Sequence record: OQ721909
Reading direction: 5' to 3' (one strand)
Length of the DNA stretch: 64,000 bases
From: Escherichia phage vB_VIPECOOM01
A program made the translations under genes and the position numbers. This document shows positions 1 through 14,137 of this stretch, in pieces. Position 1 is the first letter of the stretch. The number at the start of each line of letters is the position of its first letter. The notes beneath the pieces were generated by a model, which was given only the letters and a program-made list of their open reading frames with translations, was not told the DNA's origin and did no database searches.

Positions 1-1
1 G

Positions 2-2009
<2,008 letters not shown>

Positions 2010-2037
2010 TATTAAAGCATATTAAAGAGGATTAAAA

Positions 2038-4017
2038 ATGACTTTATTATCTCCGGGCATTGAGCTCAAAGAAACTACGGTTCAAAGCACCGTGGTTAAT
2101 AACTCTACTGGTACAGCAGCTCTGGCCGGTAAATTCCAGTGGGGTCCTGCTTTTCAAATTAAACAGGTTACAAATGAAGTAGATTTAGTTAATACTTTTG
2201 GTCAACCTACAGCTGAAACTGCTGACTATTTTATGTCTGCAATGAATTTCTTACAATACGGAAATGATTTGCGAGTTGTGCGTGCTGTCGATAGAGATAC
2301 CGCTAAAAACTCATCTCCAATTGCCGGTAATATTGAATACACTATTTCTACCCCAGGTAGTAACTACGCGGTTGGAGATAAAATCACGGTTAAGTATGTT
2401 TCAGAAGACATTGAAACAGAATGTAAAGTTACCGAAGTAGATGCTGATGGAAAAATTAAGAAAATTAATATTCCTACCGCAAAAATTATCGCTAAAGCGA
2501 AAGAAGTAGGCGAATATCCAGAATTAGGTTCTAACTGGACCGCGGAAATTTCTTCGTCTTCCTCTGGTTTAGCTGCGGTAATAACTCTTGGAAAAATTAT
2601 TACTGATTCTGGTATTTTATTAGCTGAAATTGAAAATGCCGAAGCTGCTATGACAGCGGTTGAATTTCAAACAAATCTCGAAAAATATGGAATTCCAGGA
2701 GTAGTAGCTCTTTATCCAGGCGAGTTGGGCGATAAAATCGAAATTGAAATCGTATCTAAAGCTGACTACGCAAAAGGGGCTTCTGCATTACTTCCAATTT
2801 ATCCAGGTGGCGGAACCCGCGCATCTACTGCCAAGGCAGTGTTTGGATATGGACCACAAACTGATTCACAATACGCTATTATAGTTCGTCGCAATGATGC
2901 TATTGTTCAAAGTATTGTTCTTTCAACAAAGCGTGGTGAAAAAGACATTTACGATAGTAACATCTATATTGATGACTTTTTCGCAAAAGGTGGTTCAGAA
3001 TATATTTTCGCAACTGCACAAAACTGGCCAGAAGGCTTCTCTGGAATTTTAACTCTATCTGGTGGATTATCATCAAATGCTGAAGTAACAGCAGGAGATT
3101 TGATGGAAGCCTGGGACTTCTTTGCTGACCGTGAATCTGTTGACGTTCAGTTGTTTATTGCGGGTTCTTGTGCCGGTGAATCTTTAGAAACAGCATCTAC
3201 TGTCCAAAAACACGTCGTTTCAATTGGGGATGCTCGCCAAGATTGCTTAGTATTGTGCTCACCACCGCGTGAAACTGTTGTTGGAATTCCTGTAACTCGT
3301 GCTGTCGATAACTTAGTCAATTGGAGAACTGCAACTGGTTCATACACTGATAATAACTTTAATATCAGTTCAACCTACGCAGCAATTGATGGTAACTACA
3401 AGTATCAGTATGACAAATATAATGATGTGAATCGTTGGGTTCCATTAGCAGCTGATATTGCTGGTTTATGCGCAAGAACTGATAACGTTTCTCAGACTTG
3501 GATGTCTCCAGCTGGTTATAATCGTGGTCAGATTCTTAACGTTATTAAACTTGCTATTGAAACTCGTCAGGCTCAGCGCGACCGTTTATATCAAGAAGCT
3601 ATCAACCCAGTAACTGGTACAGGTGGTGATGGTTACGTATTGTATGGTGATAAAACAGCTACTTCTGTTCCTTCTCCATTTGATCGTATTAACGTTCGTC
3701 GTCTGTTTAATATGTTGAAAACGAATATCGGACGTAGTTCAAAATATCGTTTGTTCGAATTAAACAACGCGTTTACTCGTTCATCGTTCCGCACAGAAAC
3801 TTCCCAGTACTTGCAGGGAATTAAAGCTCTCGGTGGAATTTATGAATATCGTGTAGTTTGCGATACAACAAATAACACTCCGTCAGTAATTGATAGAAAT
3901 GAGTTTGTTGCAACATTCTACATTCAACCGGCGCGCAGTATAAATTATATTACTTTGAATTTCGTCGCAACTGCTACTGGTGCAGATTTCGATGAATTAA
4001 CTGGTCTTGCAGGTTAA
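2038..4017 (+). CDS. 18: contractile tail sheath protein gp18
   Basis: 659 aa, same length as T4 gp18; preceded by TATAAATA late promoter and SD. Confidence 0.96.
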   Translation: MTLLSPGIELKETTVQSTVVNNSTGTAALAGKFQWGPAFQIKQVTNEVDLVNTFGQPTAETADYFMSAMNFLQYGNDLRVVRAVDRDTAKNSSPIAGNIEYTISTPGSNYAVGDKITVKYVSEDIETECKVTEVDADGKIKKINIPTAKIIAKAKEVGEYPELGSNWTAEISSSSSGLAAVITLGKIITDSGILLAEIENAEAAMTAVEFQTNLEKYGIPGVVALYPGELGDKIEIEIVSKADYAKGASALLPIYPGGGTRASTAKAVFGYGPQTDSQYAIIVRRNDAIVQSIVLSTKRGEKDIYDSNIYIDDFFAKGGSEYIFATAQNWPEGFSGILTLSGGLSSNAEVTAGDLMEAWDFFADRESVDVQLFIAGSCAGESLETASTVQKHVVSIGDARQDCLVLCSPPRETVVGIPVTRAVDNLVNWRTATGSYTDNNFNISSTYAAIDGNYKYQYDKYNDVNRWVPLAADIAGLCARTDNVSQTWMSPAGYNRGQILNVIKLAIETRQAQRDRLYQEAINPVTGTGGDGYVLYGDKTATSVPSPFDRINVRRLFNMLKTNIGRSSKYRLFELNNAFTRSSFRTETSQYLQGIKALGGIYEYRVVCDTTNNTPSVIDRNEFVATFYIQPARSINYITLNFVATATGADFDELTGLAG

Positions 4018-4052
4018 TACGGTGCATTCTAAAGGCCTGTTTCGGCAGGCCA

Positions 4053-4060
4053 TATAAATA
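4053..4060 (+). promoter_or_regulatory. late promoter TATAAATA (gene 19, distal)
   Basis: Exact TATAAATA directly after post-gene-18 hairpin. Confidence 0.55.
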
Positions 4061-4111
4061 CACTATATCCTTAATTCTTTAATTCTATATGCCCTAGGTT
4101 AAACATAGGGA

Positions 4112-4119
4112 TATAAATA
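4112..4119 (+). promoter_or_regulatory. late promoter TATAAATA (gene 19, proximal)
   Basis: Exact TATAAATA 15 nt upstream of ATG. Confidence 0.7.
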
Positions 4120-4133
4120 CTACAGAGGCTAAT

Positions 4134-4625
4134 ATGTTTGTAGATGATGTAACACGAGCGTTTGAATCTGGTGATTTTGCTCGACCTAACTTATTCCAAG
4201 TAGAAATTTCTTATCTTGGACAAAATTTTACGTTTCAATGTAAAGCCACTGCTTTACCAGCTGGTATTGTAGAAAAAATTCCAGTCGGATTTATGAACCG
4301 TAAAATTAACGTAGCAGGCGATCGTACATTCGATGACTGGACTATTACAGTAATGAATGACGAGGCGCATGATGCACGTCAGAAGTTTGTTGACTGGCAA
4401 AGCATTGCTGCTGGGCAAGGGAACGAAATTACTGGTGGAAAACCAGCAGAGTATAAAAAGAGCGCTATTGTTCGCCAATATGCTCGTGACGCTAAAACTG
4501 TAACAAAAGAAGTCGAAATTAAAGGCCTGTGGCCTACTAACGTGGGTGAACTTCAATTAGATTGGGATTCAAACAATGAAATCCAAACCTTTGAAGTAAC
4601 TCTCGCTCTCGATTATTGGGAATAA
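4134..4625 (+). CDS. 19: tail tube protein gp19
   Basis: 163 aa as in T4 gp19; two upstream TATAAATA boxes. Confidence 0.95.
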   Translation: MFVDDVTRAFESGDFARPNLFQVEISYLGQNFTFQCKATALPAGIVEKIPVGFMNRKINVAGDRTFDDWTITVMNDEAHDARQKFVDWQSIAAGQGNEITGGKPAEYKKSAIVRQYARDAKTVTKEVEIKGLWPTNVGELQLDWDSNNEIQTFEVTLALDYWE

Positions 4626-4632
4626 AATGAAT

Positions 4633-4646
4633 GGGGAGAAATCCCC
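4633..4646 (+). terminator. GAAA-tetraloop hairpin after gene 19
   Basis: gggga-gaaa-tcccc. Confidence 0.5.
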
Positions 4647-4657
4647 ATCCTGCTTAA

Positions 4658-6282
<1,625 letters not shown>

Positions 6283-6283
<1 letters not shown>

Positions 6284-6531
6284 TGGAAGGTTTAATTGAA
6301 GCTATTAAATCAAACGACCTCGTAGCCGCTCGTAAATTCTTTGCTGAAGCCATGGCTGCAAGAACGATTGATTTAATTAAAGAAGAAAAAATCGCTATCG
6401 CTCGTAATTTCTTAATCGAAGGTGAAGAACCTGATGATGAGGATGACGAAGACGAGGATGATGACGAAGATAGCGATGATAAAGACGACAAAAAAGACAA
6501 AGACTCTGACGAAGACGAGGATGATGAATAA
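6283..6531 (+). CDS. 67: prohead core protein gp67 with poly-acidic C-terminal tail
   Basis: 82 aa, TAATG overlap with gene 20 stop; C-terminus '[19 protein letters not shown]...'; position between 20 and 68 as in T4. Confidence 0.85.
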
Positions 6532-6956
6532 TGCTTCTGATCCCTGAAACTCATGAATTAGTTCTCGAGAATGTCGAAGCACTTATTCCTGAAGCACAGG
6601 GTCGCTTTGACGAATTGTCTTCTGCTTTAAATAAAGACGATATAAATACAATTATCGAGAATATGCTTGATGATGAAACTGATTTAGCAATTGCATTAGC
6701 TTCTATTAATGAAGATATGCCGCTAAATGAATTCATTGTTAAGCATGTTTCAGCTCGTGGTGAAATTACACGTACTAAAGACCGCAAAACGCGCGAACGT
6801 AATGCATTTCAAACCACTGGGCTGTCTAAAGCAAAACGTAGACAAATTGCTCGCAAAGCTACCAAAACGAAGATTGCCAATCCAGCAGGTCAATCTCGTG
6901 CTCAGCGTAAGCGTAAAAAAGCTCTTAAACGCCGTAAAGCATTAGGATTAAGCTAA
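6531..6956 (+). CDS. 68: prohead core protein gp68
   Basis: 141 aa; TAATG coupling to gene 67; basic C-terminus; T4 order 20-67-68-21. Confidence 0.85.
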   Translation: MLLIPETHELVLENVEALIPEAQGRFDELSSALNKDDINTIIENMLDDETDLAIALASINEDMPLNEFIVKHVSARGEITRTKDRKTRERNAFQTTGLSKAKRRQIARKATKTKIANPAGQSRAQRKRKKALKRRKALGLS

Positions 6957-7594
6957 TGAATGAACCCCAATTACTAATTGAAACTTGGGGTCAACCTGGC
7001 GAAATTATTGATGGTGTGCCAATGCTTGAATCCCACGATGGAAAAGACTTAGGTTTAAAACCTGGTTTATACATCGAAGGAATATTCATGCAAGCGGAAG
7101 TCGTCAATAGAAATAAACGTCTTTATCCAAAACGCATATTAGAAAAAGCGGTAAAAGACTATATCAATGAGCAAGTTTTAACTAAACAAGCTCTCGGAGA
7201 ATTAAATCATCCTCCACGCGCTAATGTTGACCCGATGCAAGCCGCTATCATTATAGAAGATATGTGGTGGAAAGGAAATGACGTATACGGACGAGCTCGT
7301 GTTATTGAAGGTGACCATGGTCCTGGAGATAAATTAGCAGCTAATATTCGTGCCGGATGGATTCCAGGAGTTTCTTCTCGTGGATTAGGTTCATTGACTG
7401 ACACAAATAAAGGTTATCGTATCGTAAACGAAGGATTCAAATTAACTGTAGGTGTTGATGCAGTATGGGGTCCAAGTGCTCCAGATGCATGGGTAACTCC
7501 TAAGGAAATTACCGAATCACAGACGGCGGAAGCCGATACAAGTGCCGATGACGCCTATATGGCTCTCGCAGAGGCCATGAAAAAAGCGTTATAA
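6956..7594 (+). CDS. 21: prohead core scaffold/serine protease gp21
   Basis: 212 aa as T4 gp21; coupled to gene 68. Confidence 0.94.
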   Translation: MNEPQLLIETWGQPGEIIDGVPMLESHDGKDLGLKPGLYIEGIFMQAEVVNRNKRLYPKRILEKAVKDYINEQVLTKQALGELNHPPRANVDPMQAAIIIEDMWWKGNDVYGRARVIEGDHGPGDKLAANIRAGWIPGVSSRGLGSLTDTNKGYRIVNEGFKLTVGVDAVWGPSAPDAWVTPKEITESQTAEADTSADDAYMALAEAMKKAL

Positions 7595-7597
7595 ATA
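7590..7597 (+). promoter_or_regulatory. late promoter TATAAATA (gene 22)
   Basis: Exact TATAAATA 28 nt upstream of ATG. Confidence 0.7.
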
Positions 7598-7624
7598 TTA
7601 TTATCTAAACAACAGGACTACAAA

Positions 7625-8434
7625 ATGCTTAAAGAACAACTGATTGCTGAAGCGCAAAAAATTGATGCTTCCGTTGCTCTTGATAGTATTTTCGAATCAG
7701 TTAATATTTCTCCGGAAGCAAAAGAAACTTTCGGCACTGTATTCGAAGCTACCGTCAAGCAGCACGCCGTTAAATTAGCTGAATCTCATATCGCTAAAAT
7801 TGCTGAAAAAGCAGAAGAAGAAGTAGAAAAAAATAAAGAAGAAGCCGAAGAAAAAGCTGAGAAGAAAATCGCTGAGCAAGCTTCTAAATTCATTGACCAT
7901 CTTGCGAAAGAATGGCTCGCTGAAAATAAATTAGCAGTTGATAAAGGCATCAAAGCCGAACTGTTTGAATCCATGCTTGGTGGATTAAAAGAGCTCTTTG
8001 TTGAACACAACGTTGTTGTTCCAGAAGAATCAGTTGATGTTGTGGCTGAAATGGAAGAAGAGCTGCAAGAACATAAAGAAGAATCAGCTCGTCTGTTCGA
8101 AGAACTCAATAAGCGTGACGCATATATCAATTATGTGCAGCGTGAAGTGGCATTGAGCGAAAGTACTAAAGATCTGACTGAGTCTCAAAAAGAAAAAGTC
8201 TCTGCTCTGGTCGAAGGTATGGATTATTCAGATGAATTCTCAAATAAATTGAGTGCCATCGTAGAAATGGTGAAGAAGTCTAATAAAGATGAAAGCACTA
8301 TTACTGAGGGTATAAATACTCCTGATACTGAAGCAGCCGGACTGAATTTCGTCACTGAAGCTGTAGAAGATAAAGCTGCACCTGGTGCAGAAGATATTGT
8401 AAGTGTATATGCGAAAGTCGCATCTCGTTTCTAA
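7625..8434 (+). CDS. 22: prohead core scaffold protein gp22
   Basis: 269 aa, highly charged coiled-coil (E/K-rich) typical of gp22. Confidence 0.94.
   Translation: MLKEQLIAEAQKIDASVALDSIFESVNISPEAKETFGTVFEATVKQHAVKLAESHIAKIAEKAEEEVEKNKEEAEEKAEKKIAEQASKFIDHLAKEWLAENKLAVDKGIKAELFESMLGGLKELFVEHNVVVPEESVDVVAEMEEELQEHKEESARLFEELNKRDAYINYVQREVALSESTKDLTESQKEKVSALVEGMDYSDEFSNKLSAIVEMVKKSNKDESTITEGINTPDTEAAGLNFVTEAVEDKAAPGAEDIVSVYAKVASRF
8311..8318 (+). promoter_or_regulatory. late promoter TATAAATA inside gene 22 3' end (candidate gene 23 promoter)
   Basis: Exact TATAAATA about 135 nt upstream of gene 23 ATG. Confidence 0.45.
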
Positions 8435-8452
8435 TTTTAAAGGTTAACACAA

Positions 8453-10018
8453 ATGACTATCAAAACTAAAGCTGAACTTTTGAACAAATGGAAGCCATTA
8501 CTGGAAGGTGAAGGTTTACCGGAAATTGCTAATAGCAAACAAGCGATTATCGCTAAAATCTTTGAAAACCAGGAAAAAGATTTCCAGACAGCTCCAGAGT
8601 ACAAAGACGAAAAAATCGCTCAGGCGTTCGGTTCTTTCTTAACAGAAGCTGAAATCGGTGGTGACCACGGTTACAATGCTACTAACATCGCTGCAGGTCA
8701 GACTTCTGGCGCAGTAACTCAGATTGGCCCAGCTGTTATGGGTATGGTACGTCGTGCTATTCCTAACCTGATTGCTTTCGATATTTGCGGTGTTCAGCCG
8801 ATGAACAGCCCGACCGGTCAGGTATTCGCACTGCGCGCAGTATATGGTAAAGACCCAATCGCTGCCGGCGCTAAAGAAGCATTCCACCCAATGTATGGTC
8901 CAGATGCAATGTTCTCTGGTCAGGGTGCTGCTAAGAAATTCGCTGCTTTGAAAGCAAGTGATACTCTTGAAGTTGGAACTATTTACACCCACTTCTTCCA
9001 GGACACCGGTACTGTATATCTGCAAGCTACAGAAGCTAAACAAATTGATTCCACTGCATCTGACGCAGCTAAATTAGATGCTGAAATTAAGAAACAAATG
9101 GAAGCTGGTGTACTGGTAGAAATCGCTGAAGGTATGGCTACTTCTATCGCTGAACTTCAGGAAGGTTTCAACGGTTCTACCGATAACCCATGGAATGAAA
9201 TGGGCTTCCGTATCGATAAACAAGTTATCGAAGCTAAATCTCGTCAGCTGAAAGCTGCTTACTCTATCGAATTAGCACAAGACCTCCGCGCTGTTCACGG
9301 TATGGATGCTGATGCTGAACTGTCTGGTATTCTGGCTACCGAAATCATGCTGGAAATCAACCGCGAAGTTGTTGATTGGATTAACTACTCAGCTCAGGTT
9401 GGTAAATCTGGTATGACCCTGACTCCGGGTTCTAAAGCTGGTGTATTTGACTTCCAGGATCCGATTGATATTCGTGGTGCTCGCTGGGCGGGTGAATCCT
9501 TTAAAGCTCTGTTGTTCCAGATTGACAAAGAAGCAGTTGAAATTGCTCGTCAGACCGGTCGCGGTGAAGGTAACTTCATTATCGCTTCCCGTAACGTAGT
9601 TAACGTTCTGGCTTCAGTTGATACTGGCATTTCTTATGCTGCACAGGGTCTGGCTACCGGCTTTAACACTGATACTACCAAGTCAGTATTTGCGGGTGTT
9701 CTGGGTGGTAAATACCGTGTATATATCGACCAGTATGCTAAACAGGATTATTTCACTGTAGGTTATAAAGGTCCGAACGAAATGGATGCTGGTATTTACT
9801 ATGCTCCATATGTAGCTCTAACTCCGCTGCGTGGTTCCGATCCGAAGAACTTCCAACCAGTAATGGGATTCAAAACTCGTTACGGTATCGGTATCAACCC
9901 ATTTGCAGAATCCGCTGCTCAGGCTCCGGCTTCTCGCATCCAGAGCGGTATGCCTTCTATTCTGAATAGCCTTGGTAAAAACGCTTACTTTAGACGTGTA
10001 TATGTTAAAGGTATCTAA
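8453..10018 (+). CDS. 23: major capsid protein gp23
   Basis: 521 aa; near-identical to recalled T4 gp23; strong codon bias; followed by UUCG hairpin terminator. Confidence 0.98.
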   Translation: MTIKTKAELLNKWKPLLEGEGLPEIANSKQAIIAKIFENQEKDFQTAPEYKDEKIAQAFGSFLTEAEIGGDHGYNATNIAAGQTSGAVTQIGPAVMGMVRRAIPNLIAFDICGVQPMNSPTGQVFALRAVYGKDPIAAGAKEAFHPMYGPDAMFSGQGAAKKFAALKASDTLEVGTIYTHFFQDTGTVYLQATEAKQIDSTASDAAKLDAEIKKQMEAGVLVEIAEGMATSIAELQEGFNGSTDNPWNEMGFRIDKQVIEAKSRQLKAAYSIELAQDLRAVHGMDADAELSGILATEIMLEINREVVDWINYSAQVGKSGMTLTPGSKAGVFDFQDPIDIRGARWAGESFKALLFQIDKEAVEIARQTGRGEGNFIIASRNVVNVLASVDTGISYAAQGLATGFNTDTTKSVFAGVLGGKYRVYIDQYAKQDYFTVGYKGPNEMDAGIYYAPYVALTPLRGSDPKNFQPVMGFKTRYGIGINPFAESAAQAPASRIQSGMPSILNSLGKNAYFRRVYVKGI

Positions 10019-10033
10019 TCTTTGACGATTTAA

Positions 10034-10049
10034 GGGACCTTCGGGTCCC
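10034..10049 (+). terminator. UUCG-tetraloop intrinsic terminator after gene 23
   Basis: gggacc-ttcg-ggtccc followed by T-rich tract. Confidence 0.8.
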
Positions 10050-10066
10050 TTTAGTTGTTTTTATGG

Positions 10067-10074
10067 TATAAATA
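10067..10074 (+). promoter_or_regulatory. late promoter TATAAATA (gene 24)
   Basis: Exact TATAAATA 28 nt upstream of ATG, just after gene 23 terminator. Confidence 0.7.
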
Positions 10075-10101
10075 AATCATATAAACCAAAAGGAAAGCGC
10101 A

Positions 10102-11385
10102 ATGGCTAAAATCAACGAACTTCTGCGCGAATCAACCACAACGAATAGCAACTCAATCGGTCGCCCAAATCTCGTTGCTTTGACTCGCGCTACCACTAAA
10201 TTAATATATTCTGACATTGTAGCAACGCAAAGAACTAATCAACCTGTTGCTGCTTTTTATGGTATCAAATACCTTAACCCAGATAACGAATTTACGTTTA
10301 AAACTGGTGCTACTTACGCTGGCGAAGCTGGATATGTAGACCGAGAACAAATCACAGAATTAACAGAAGAGTCTAAATTAACTCTCAATAAAGGCGATTT
10401 ATTCAAATATAATAATATCGTTTATAAAGTATTAGAAGATACACCATTTGCTACCATTGAAGAAAGTGATTTAGAATTAGCTCTTCAGATTGCAATTGTT
10501 CTTTTAAAGGTTCGTCTATTTTCTGACGCAGCGTCAACAAGCAAATTTGAAAGCTCTGATAGTGAAATTGCTGATGCTAGATTCCAGATTAATAAATGGC
10601 AAACCGCGGTTAAATCTCGTAAACTTAAAACTGGCATCACAGTTGAATTAGCACAAGATTTAGAAGCAAATGGATTCGATGCTCCTAATTTCTTGGAAGA
10701 TTTGCTTGCAACTGAAATGGCGGATGAAATCAATAAAGATATTCTACAGTCTTTGATTACAGTATCAAAACGCTATAAAGTTACAGGAATTACTGATACT
10801 GGATTTATTGATTTGAGTTATGCATCTGCGCCTGAAGCTGGTCGTTCATTATACCGAATGGTGTGTGAAATGGTTTCGCATATCCAAAAAGAATCAACTT
10901 ATACTGCAACGTTCTGTGTTGCTTCAGCTCGTGCCGCTGCGATTCTTGCTGCATCAGGTTGGTTAAAACATAAACCAGAAGATGACAAATATCTTTCACA
11001 AAATGCCTACGGGTTCTTAGCTAATGGTTTACCGCTTTATTGCGATACTAACAGCCCATTAGATTATGTAATCGTTGGTGTAGTAGAAAATATCGGTGAA
11101 AAAGAAATTGTTGGATCAATTTTCTATGCTCCGTATACAGAAGGTCTTGACTTAGATGACCCTGAACATGTAGGTGCATTTAAAGTTGTAGTTGATCCAG
11201 AAAGCTTACAACCATCTATCGGTTTATTGGTTAGATATGCTTTATCTGCAAATCCTTACACTGTAGCAAAAGATGAAAAAGAAGCAAGAATAATTGATGG
11301 TGGAGACATGGATAAAATGGCGGGTCGTTCAGATTTGTCTGTTTTATTAGGTGTTAAATTACCAAAAATTATCGTCGATGAATAA
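10102..11385 (+). CDS. 24: capsid vertex protein gp24
   Basis: 427 aa as T4 gp24; paralog-like to gp23; TATAAATA upstream. Confidence 0.95.
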   Translation: MAKINELLRESTTTNSNSIGRPNLVALTRATTKLIYSDIVATQRTNQPVAAFYGIKYLNPDNEFTFKTGATYAGEAGYVDREQITELTEESKLTLNKGDLFKYNNIVYKVLEDTPFATIEESDLELALQIAIVLLKVRLFSDAASTSKFESSDSEIADARFQINKWQTAVKSRKLKTGITVELAQDLEANGFDAPNFLEDLLATEMADEINKDILQSLITVSKRYKVTGITDTGFIDLSYASAPEAGRSLYRMVCEMVSHIQKESTYTATFCVASARAAAILAASGWLKHKPEDDKYLSQNAYGFLANGLPLYCDTNSPLDYVIVGVVENIGEKEIVGSIFYAPYTEGLDLDDPEHVGAFKVVVDPESLQPSIGLLVRYALSANPYTVAKDEKEARIIDGGDMDKMAGRSDLSVLLGVKLPKIIVDE

Positions 11386-11391
11386 AACAAA

Positions 11392-11407
11392 GGGACCGAA
11401 AGGTCCC
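11392..11407. terminator. bidirectional hairpin terminator between gene 24 (+) and rnlB (-)
   Basis: gggacc-gaaa-ggtccc flanked by A-run and T-run. Confidence 0.75.
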
Positions 11408-11414
11408 TTTTTAT

Positions 11415-12419
11415 TTAACTTACCAATTCAATCCAAGCCGGACGAAGTACATCTTGTACCATTTTAACTAATTCCTTTTTAATCAAAGAAGGATTATCCG
11501 CTTGAGTTAAAGTAATACCTTCACGAGAAGTTTCTTCCAAAATATCTTGAACAGTTAGTCCCATCACCTTTCCAAAATCCTTTGGACCAATTTCGCCAAT
11601 TTTAGAAATAACGTTATTTACTCGGTTCAGTGTAACGTAGCAAGCTAAAATTCCCAGCAATTTATTATCAGCTTCTGACAGCTCAACTTTAGCTTTAATA
11701 GGCTTATCAGACTTTTTCTTTTCGCTAAATTTAGAGTTCTTGCATTTAATCGCTACACGATTGCCATTAGGCATCCAAGAAGGATAACAAGGTTTCAATA
11801 CATATCCTTCAGCAGTAAATACTTCGCCTTTTGCTTCGGCATTCCAAACGCATTTATTTGCATCAACTAATCCAGCGTGGTCTACCGTAAAATTATAATC
11901 CTGGACGACAGAATCTAAATCATTTGGCAATTTAATAAGGTCTTCAAATTTACCACGACCTAAAAGTGGAGCCATTTTAAATTTAAATGTATTACAGAAT
12001 GATTCCATCATATAATCATCGACATAAGTCACATCACCACTTTCGGTAGTAACAATAATGTCAAATACATAAAAATCTTTATCGCCATAATCGACATTCT
12101 TCTGAATGCCAGGTCCAGCAAATTCACCGAAGACTTGATAAGATACAACTGCTGAAGTTTCCATAATATCTTGTACTGCTTTAATGGAATCAGCATAATT
12201 CTTTAAAATAATTTCATACCCAAAGAAATCTTCAGCAGGAAGAATCAGTCCAGTACGTTTAGCACAAGTTGCTTTATCACGCTCAATAATCAATGAAAAG
12301 TTTGTACCGTGAATCTTTTCACGAGCTACCCATTCGCCACCAGTCAATCCTAAACTGTAAAGTTTTTCAATGAATTTAGAATTGTAATGATTTTCAAGAC
12401 TGCTATACTTTTTAAACAT
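11415..12419 (-). CDS. rnlB: RNA ligase 2 (Rnl2)
   Basis: 334 aa; nucleotidyltransferase motif I 'KIHGTN'; T4 position after gene 24. Confidence 0.9.
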   Translation of the reverse strand: MFKKYSSLENHYNSKFIEKLYSLGLTGGEWVAREKIHGTNFSLIIERDKATCAKRTGLILPAEDFFGYEIILKNYADSIKAVQDIMETSAVVSYQVFGEFAGPGIQKNVDYGDKDFYVFDIIVTTESGDVTYVDDYMMESFCNTFKFKMAPLLGRGKFEDLIKLPNDLDSVVQDYNFTVDHAGLVDANKCVWNAEAKGEVFTAEGYVLKPCYPSWMPNGNRVAIKCKNSKFSEKKKSDKPIKAKVELSEADNKLLGILACYVTLNRVNNVISKIGEIGPKDFGKVMGLTVQDILEETSREGITLTQADNPSLIKKELVKMVQDVLRPAWIELVS

Positions 12420-12428
12420 AATTAATCC

Positions 12429-12707
12429 TCAAAATGTAATTTCTAACCAATCACCATCACGCTGGTCACTATTGACTTTAAAGCTAAATCCTTCTTTTCT
12501 CAGCCAATCACCAATTTCTTCAGTAATCAATTTATCGCGAGCAGTACAATAATAACTAAAATATGTTTTACCTTGTTCAGCTGCTTTATTAGCAAGTTCC
12601 GAAAAATCTTTAATAAAACACTCTAGTTTAAACTGTTTACTTTTAAGTGCTTTTTCGCGCAATTGATTAGCAAAAGATTCATTTTCATAAAGATCATACT
12701 GTTCCAT
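12429..12707 (-). CDS. hypothetical protein (24.2-like)
   Basis: 92 aa ORF with ATG, syntenic position. Confidence 0.55.
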   Translation of the reverse strand: MEQYDLYENESFANQLREKALKSKQFKLECFIKDFSELANKAAEQGKTYFSYYCTARDKLITEEIGDWLRKEGFSFKVNSDQRDGDWLEITF

Positions 12708-12909
12708 TTTTCACCTTTTTATTAATATGTCTTTTTCTATAGACAACTTTTTCTCGAGTCTCAAATTTATTCTTAGCAGTCATAGCTCGAGCCCATAATA
12801 CAGCCACTTCCTTTGCCTGTAAGTTCAATTCACGAGCAATTTCAATGAATGACTTTCCAGACTCATGGAGTGTAAACACCACAACCTCAGTTCTCATAAT
12901 CAATCTCAT
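12694..12909 (-). CDS. hypothetical basic protein (24.3-like)
   Basis: 71 aa ORF, overlaps downstream ORF by 14 nt. Confidence 0.55.
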   Translation of the reverse strand: MRLIMRTEVVVFTLHESGKSFIEIARELNLQAKEVAVLWARAMTAKNKFETREKVVYRKRHINKKVKNGTV

Positions 12910-12978
12910 GTTATCGAGTTGGTGCCATTATATACATCGTTTTCTGACTATGTTTTGCGTGCTTTCAAAATGAAGAAA

Positions 12979-12992
12979 GGGGCCGAAGCCCC
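12979..12992 (-). terminator. hairpin terminator after hoc
   Basis: ggggc-cgaa-gcccc; T-rich on minus strand after stem. Confidence 0.6.
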
Positions 12993-12997
12993 TGAGA

Positions 12998-14128
12998 TTA
13001 TGGATAGGTATAGATGATACCAGTTTCTAAAGCAGTTTTATGAATGATGTATCCATTACGCGATTCTTGAACATCAACTTCCGGATAGTCTTTCATCATC
13101 TTCTGAAGAGTGTAACGATGCAAGTAGTACTTACTATCTGGGTCGTCAGTTTTCCAATCTTTACCTTCTTCAGTCATTTTTTGGATTTCATCCATAACCC
13201 ACCAACCGCACCAGATATAAGCTGAAGTACGATGTGGAAGAGGATGAACATAAGGTAATTCACCTTCTGGTTCCGGAGCAACTTTATCAGTTACCTGAAC
13301 TTGACCTGTTGTTTTAACTGTTTTGCTATCATAGTCAGTTGCTGTAACGACAGCAGTAACTTCAATAGTTTGACTTCCAACAGATGAGGTATCGATAGTA
13401 TATACGTTAGTTGACCCTTCTACAGGAGAAGAATCTTTCTTCCATGAGTAAGTAATTTGTGCTGCGTCAGGTGCGCCAGTAACATTAGCAGTAAATGTAG
13501 CCGAAGCATCTTGCTGAACGTTAATAGAAGGAGGAGTCAATGTAACCTGTGGATTCATTGTCTTCTTATTAACCGTCAATGATACTTCATTAGAAGTAAC
13601 TTCCTTTGCATCATAATCTGTCGCGGTTACTTGAGCTACGCATTTAATTCTTTTTACTCCACTTGTAGTTGGAGTATAGCTAAATGTAGCGGAAGTTGCT
13701 TCACTAACAGGAGAATCATCTACATGCCACTGATATGTAGCAGATGCACCTGATGGTTGAGAAGCTAAGACAGCAGTAAATTCAACAGGAGTTCCAATTA
13801 CTCCAGCAGCAGGACTAGCAGGAGTTACAGCTAAGGTAGTTGTCTGTGTCTTATTTTGAACTGTGATAGTTGTAGAAGCTTCTGCTGTTTCAGCCTCAGC
13901 TTCTGGAACTGTGTTTGTTGCAACTACTTTAATAGTCTTTTGACCGGCAGGTCCTTTTAGTACATAACTAAAAGTTGCTTCAGTTCCATCTTGTGGAACA
14001 TCATCTACAGTCCAAGCATAGGTAATAGTTCCACCTCCAGTTTCACCACTGGGTGTAGCAGTAAACTGCTGAGTCTGATCTATAACTCCAGTAGGTGTTT
14101 TAGGAGTTATATCAACTGTAAAAGCCAT
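12998..14128 (-). CDS. hoc: highly immunogenic outer capsid protein Hoc (tandem Ig-like domains)
   Basis: 376 aa as T4 Hoc; T/S/V-rich beta-strand repeats 'Y.W..D'; hairpin terminator downstream. Confidence 0.9.
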   Translation of the reverse strand: MAFTVDITPKTPTGVIDQTQQFTATPSGETGGGTITYAWTVDDVPQDGTEATFSYVLKGPAGQKTIKVVATNTVPEAEAETAEASTTITVQNKTQTTTLAVTPASPAAGVIGTPVEFTAVLASQPSGASATYQWHVDDSPVSEATSATFSYTPTTSGVKRIKCVAQVTATDYDAKEVTSNEVSLTVNKKTMNPQVTLTPPSINVQQDASATFTANVTGAPDAAQITYSWKKDSSPVEGSTNVYTIDTSSVGSQTIEVTAVVTATDYDSKTVKTTGQVQVTDKVAPEPEGELPYVHPLPHRTSAYIWCGWWVMDEIQKMTEEGKDWKTDDPDSKYYLHRYTLQKMMKDYPEVDVQESRNGYIIHKTALETGIIYTYP

Positions 14129-14137
14129 AAGTTATCC

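Noticed and set aside
7786-8130. 114-aa Ser-rich minus ORF
   Set aside because: Antisense within the highly expressed gene 22 (Glu/Lys codons read backwards)
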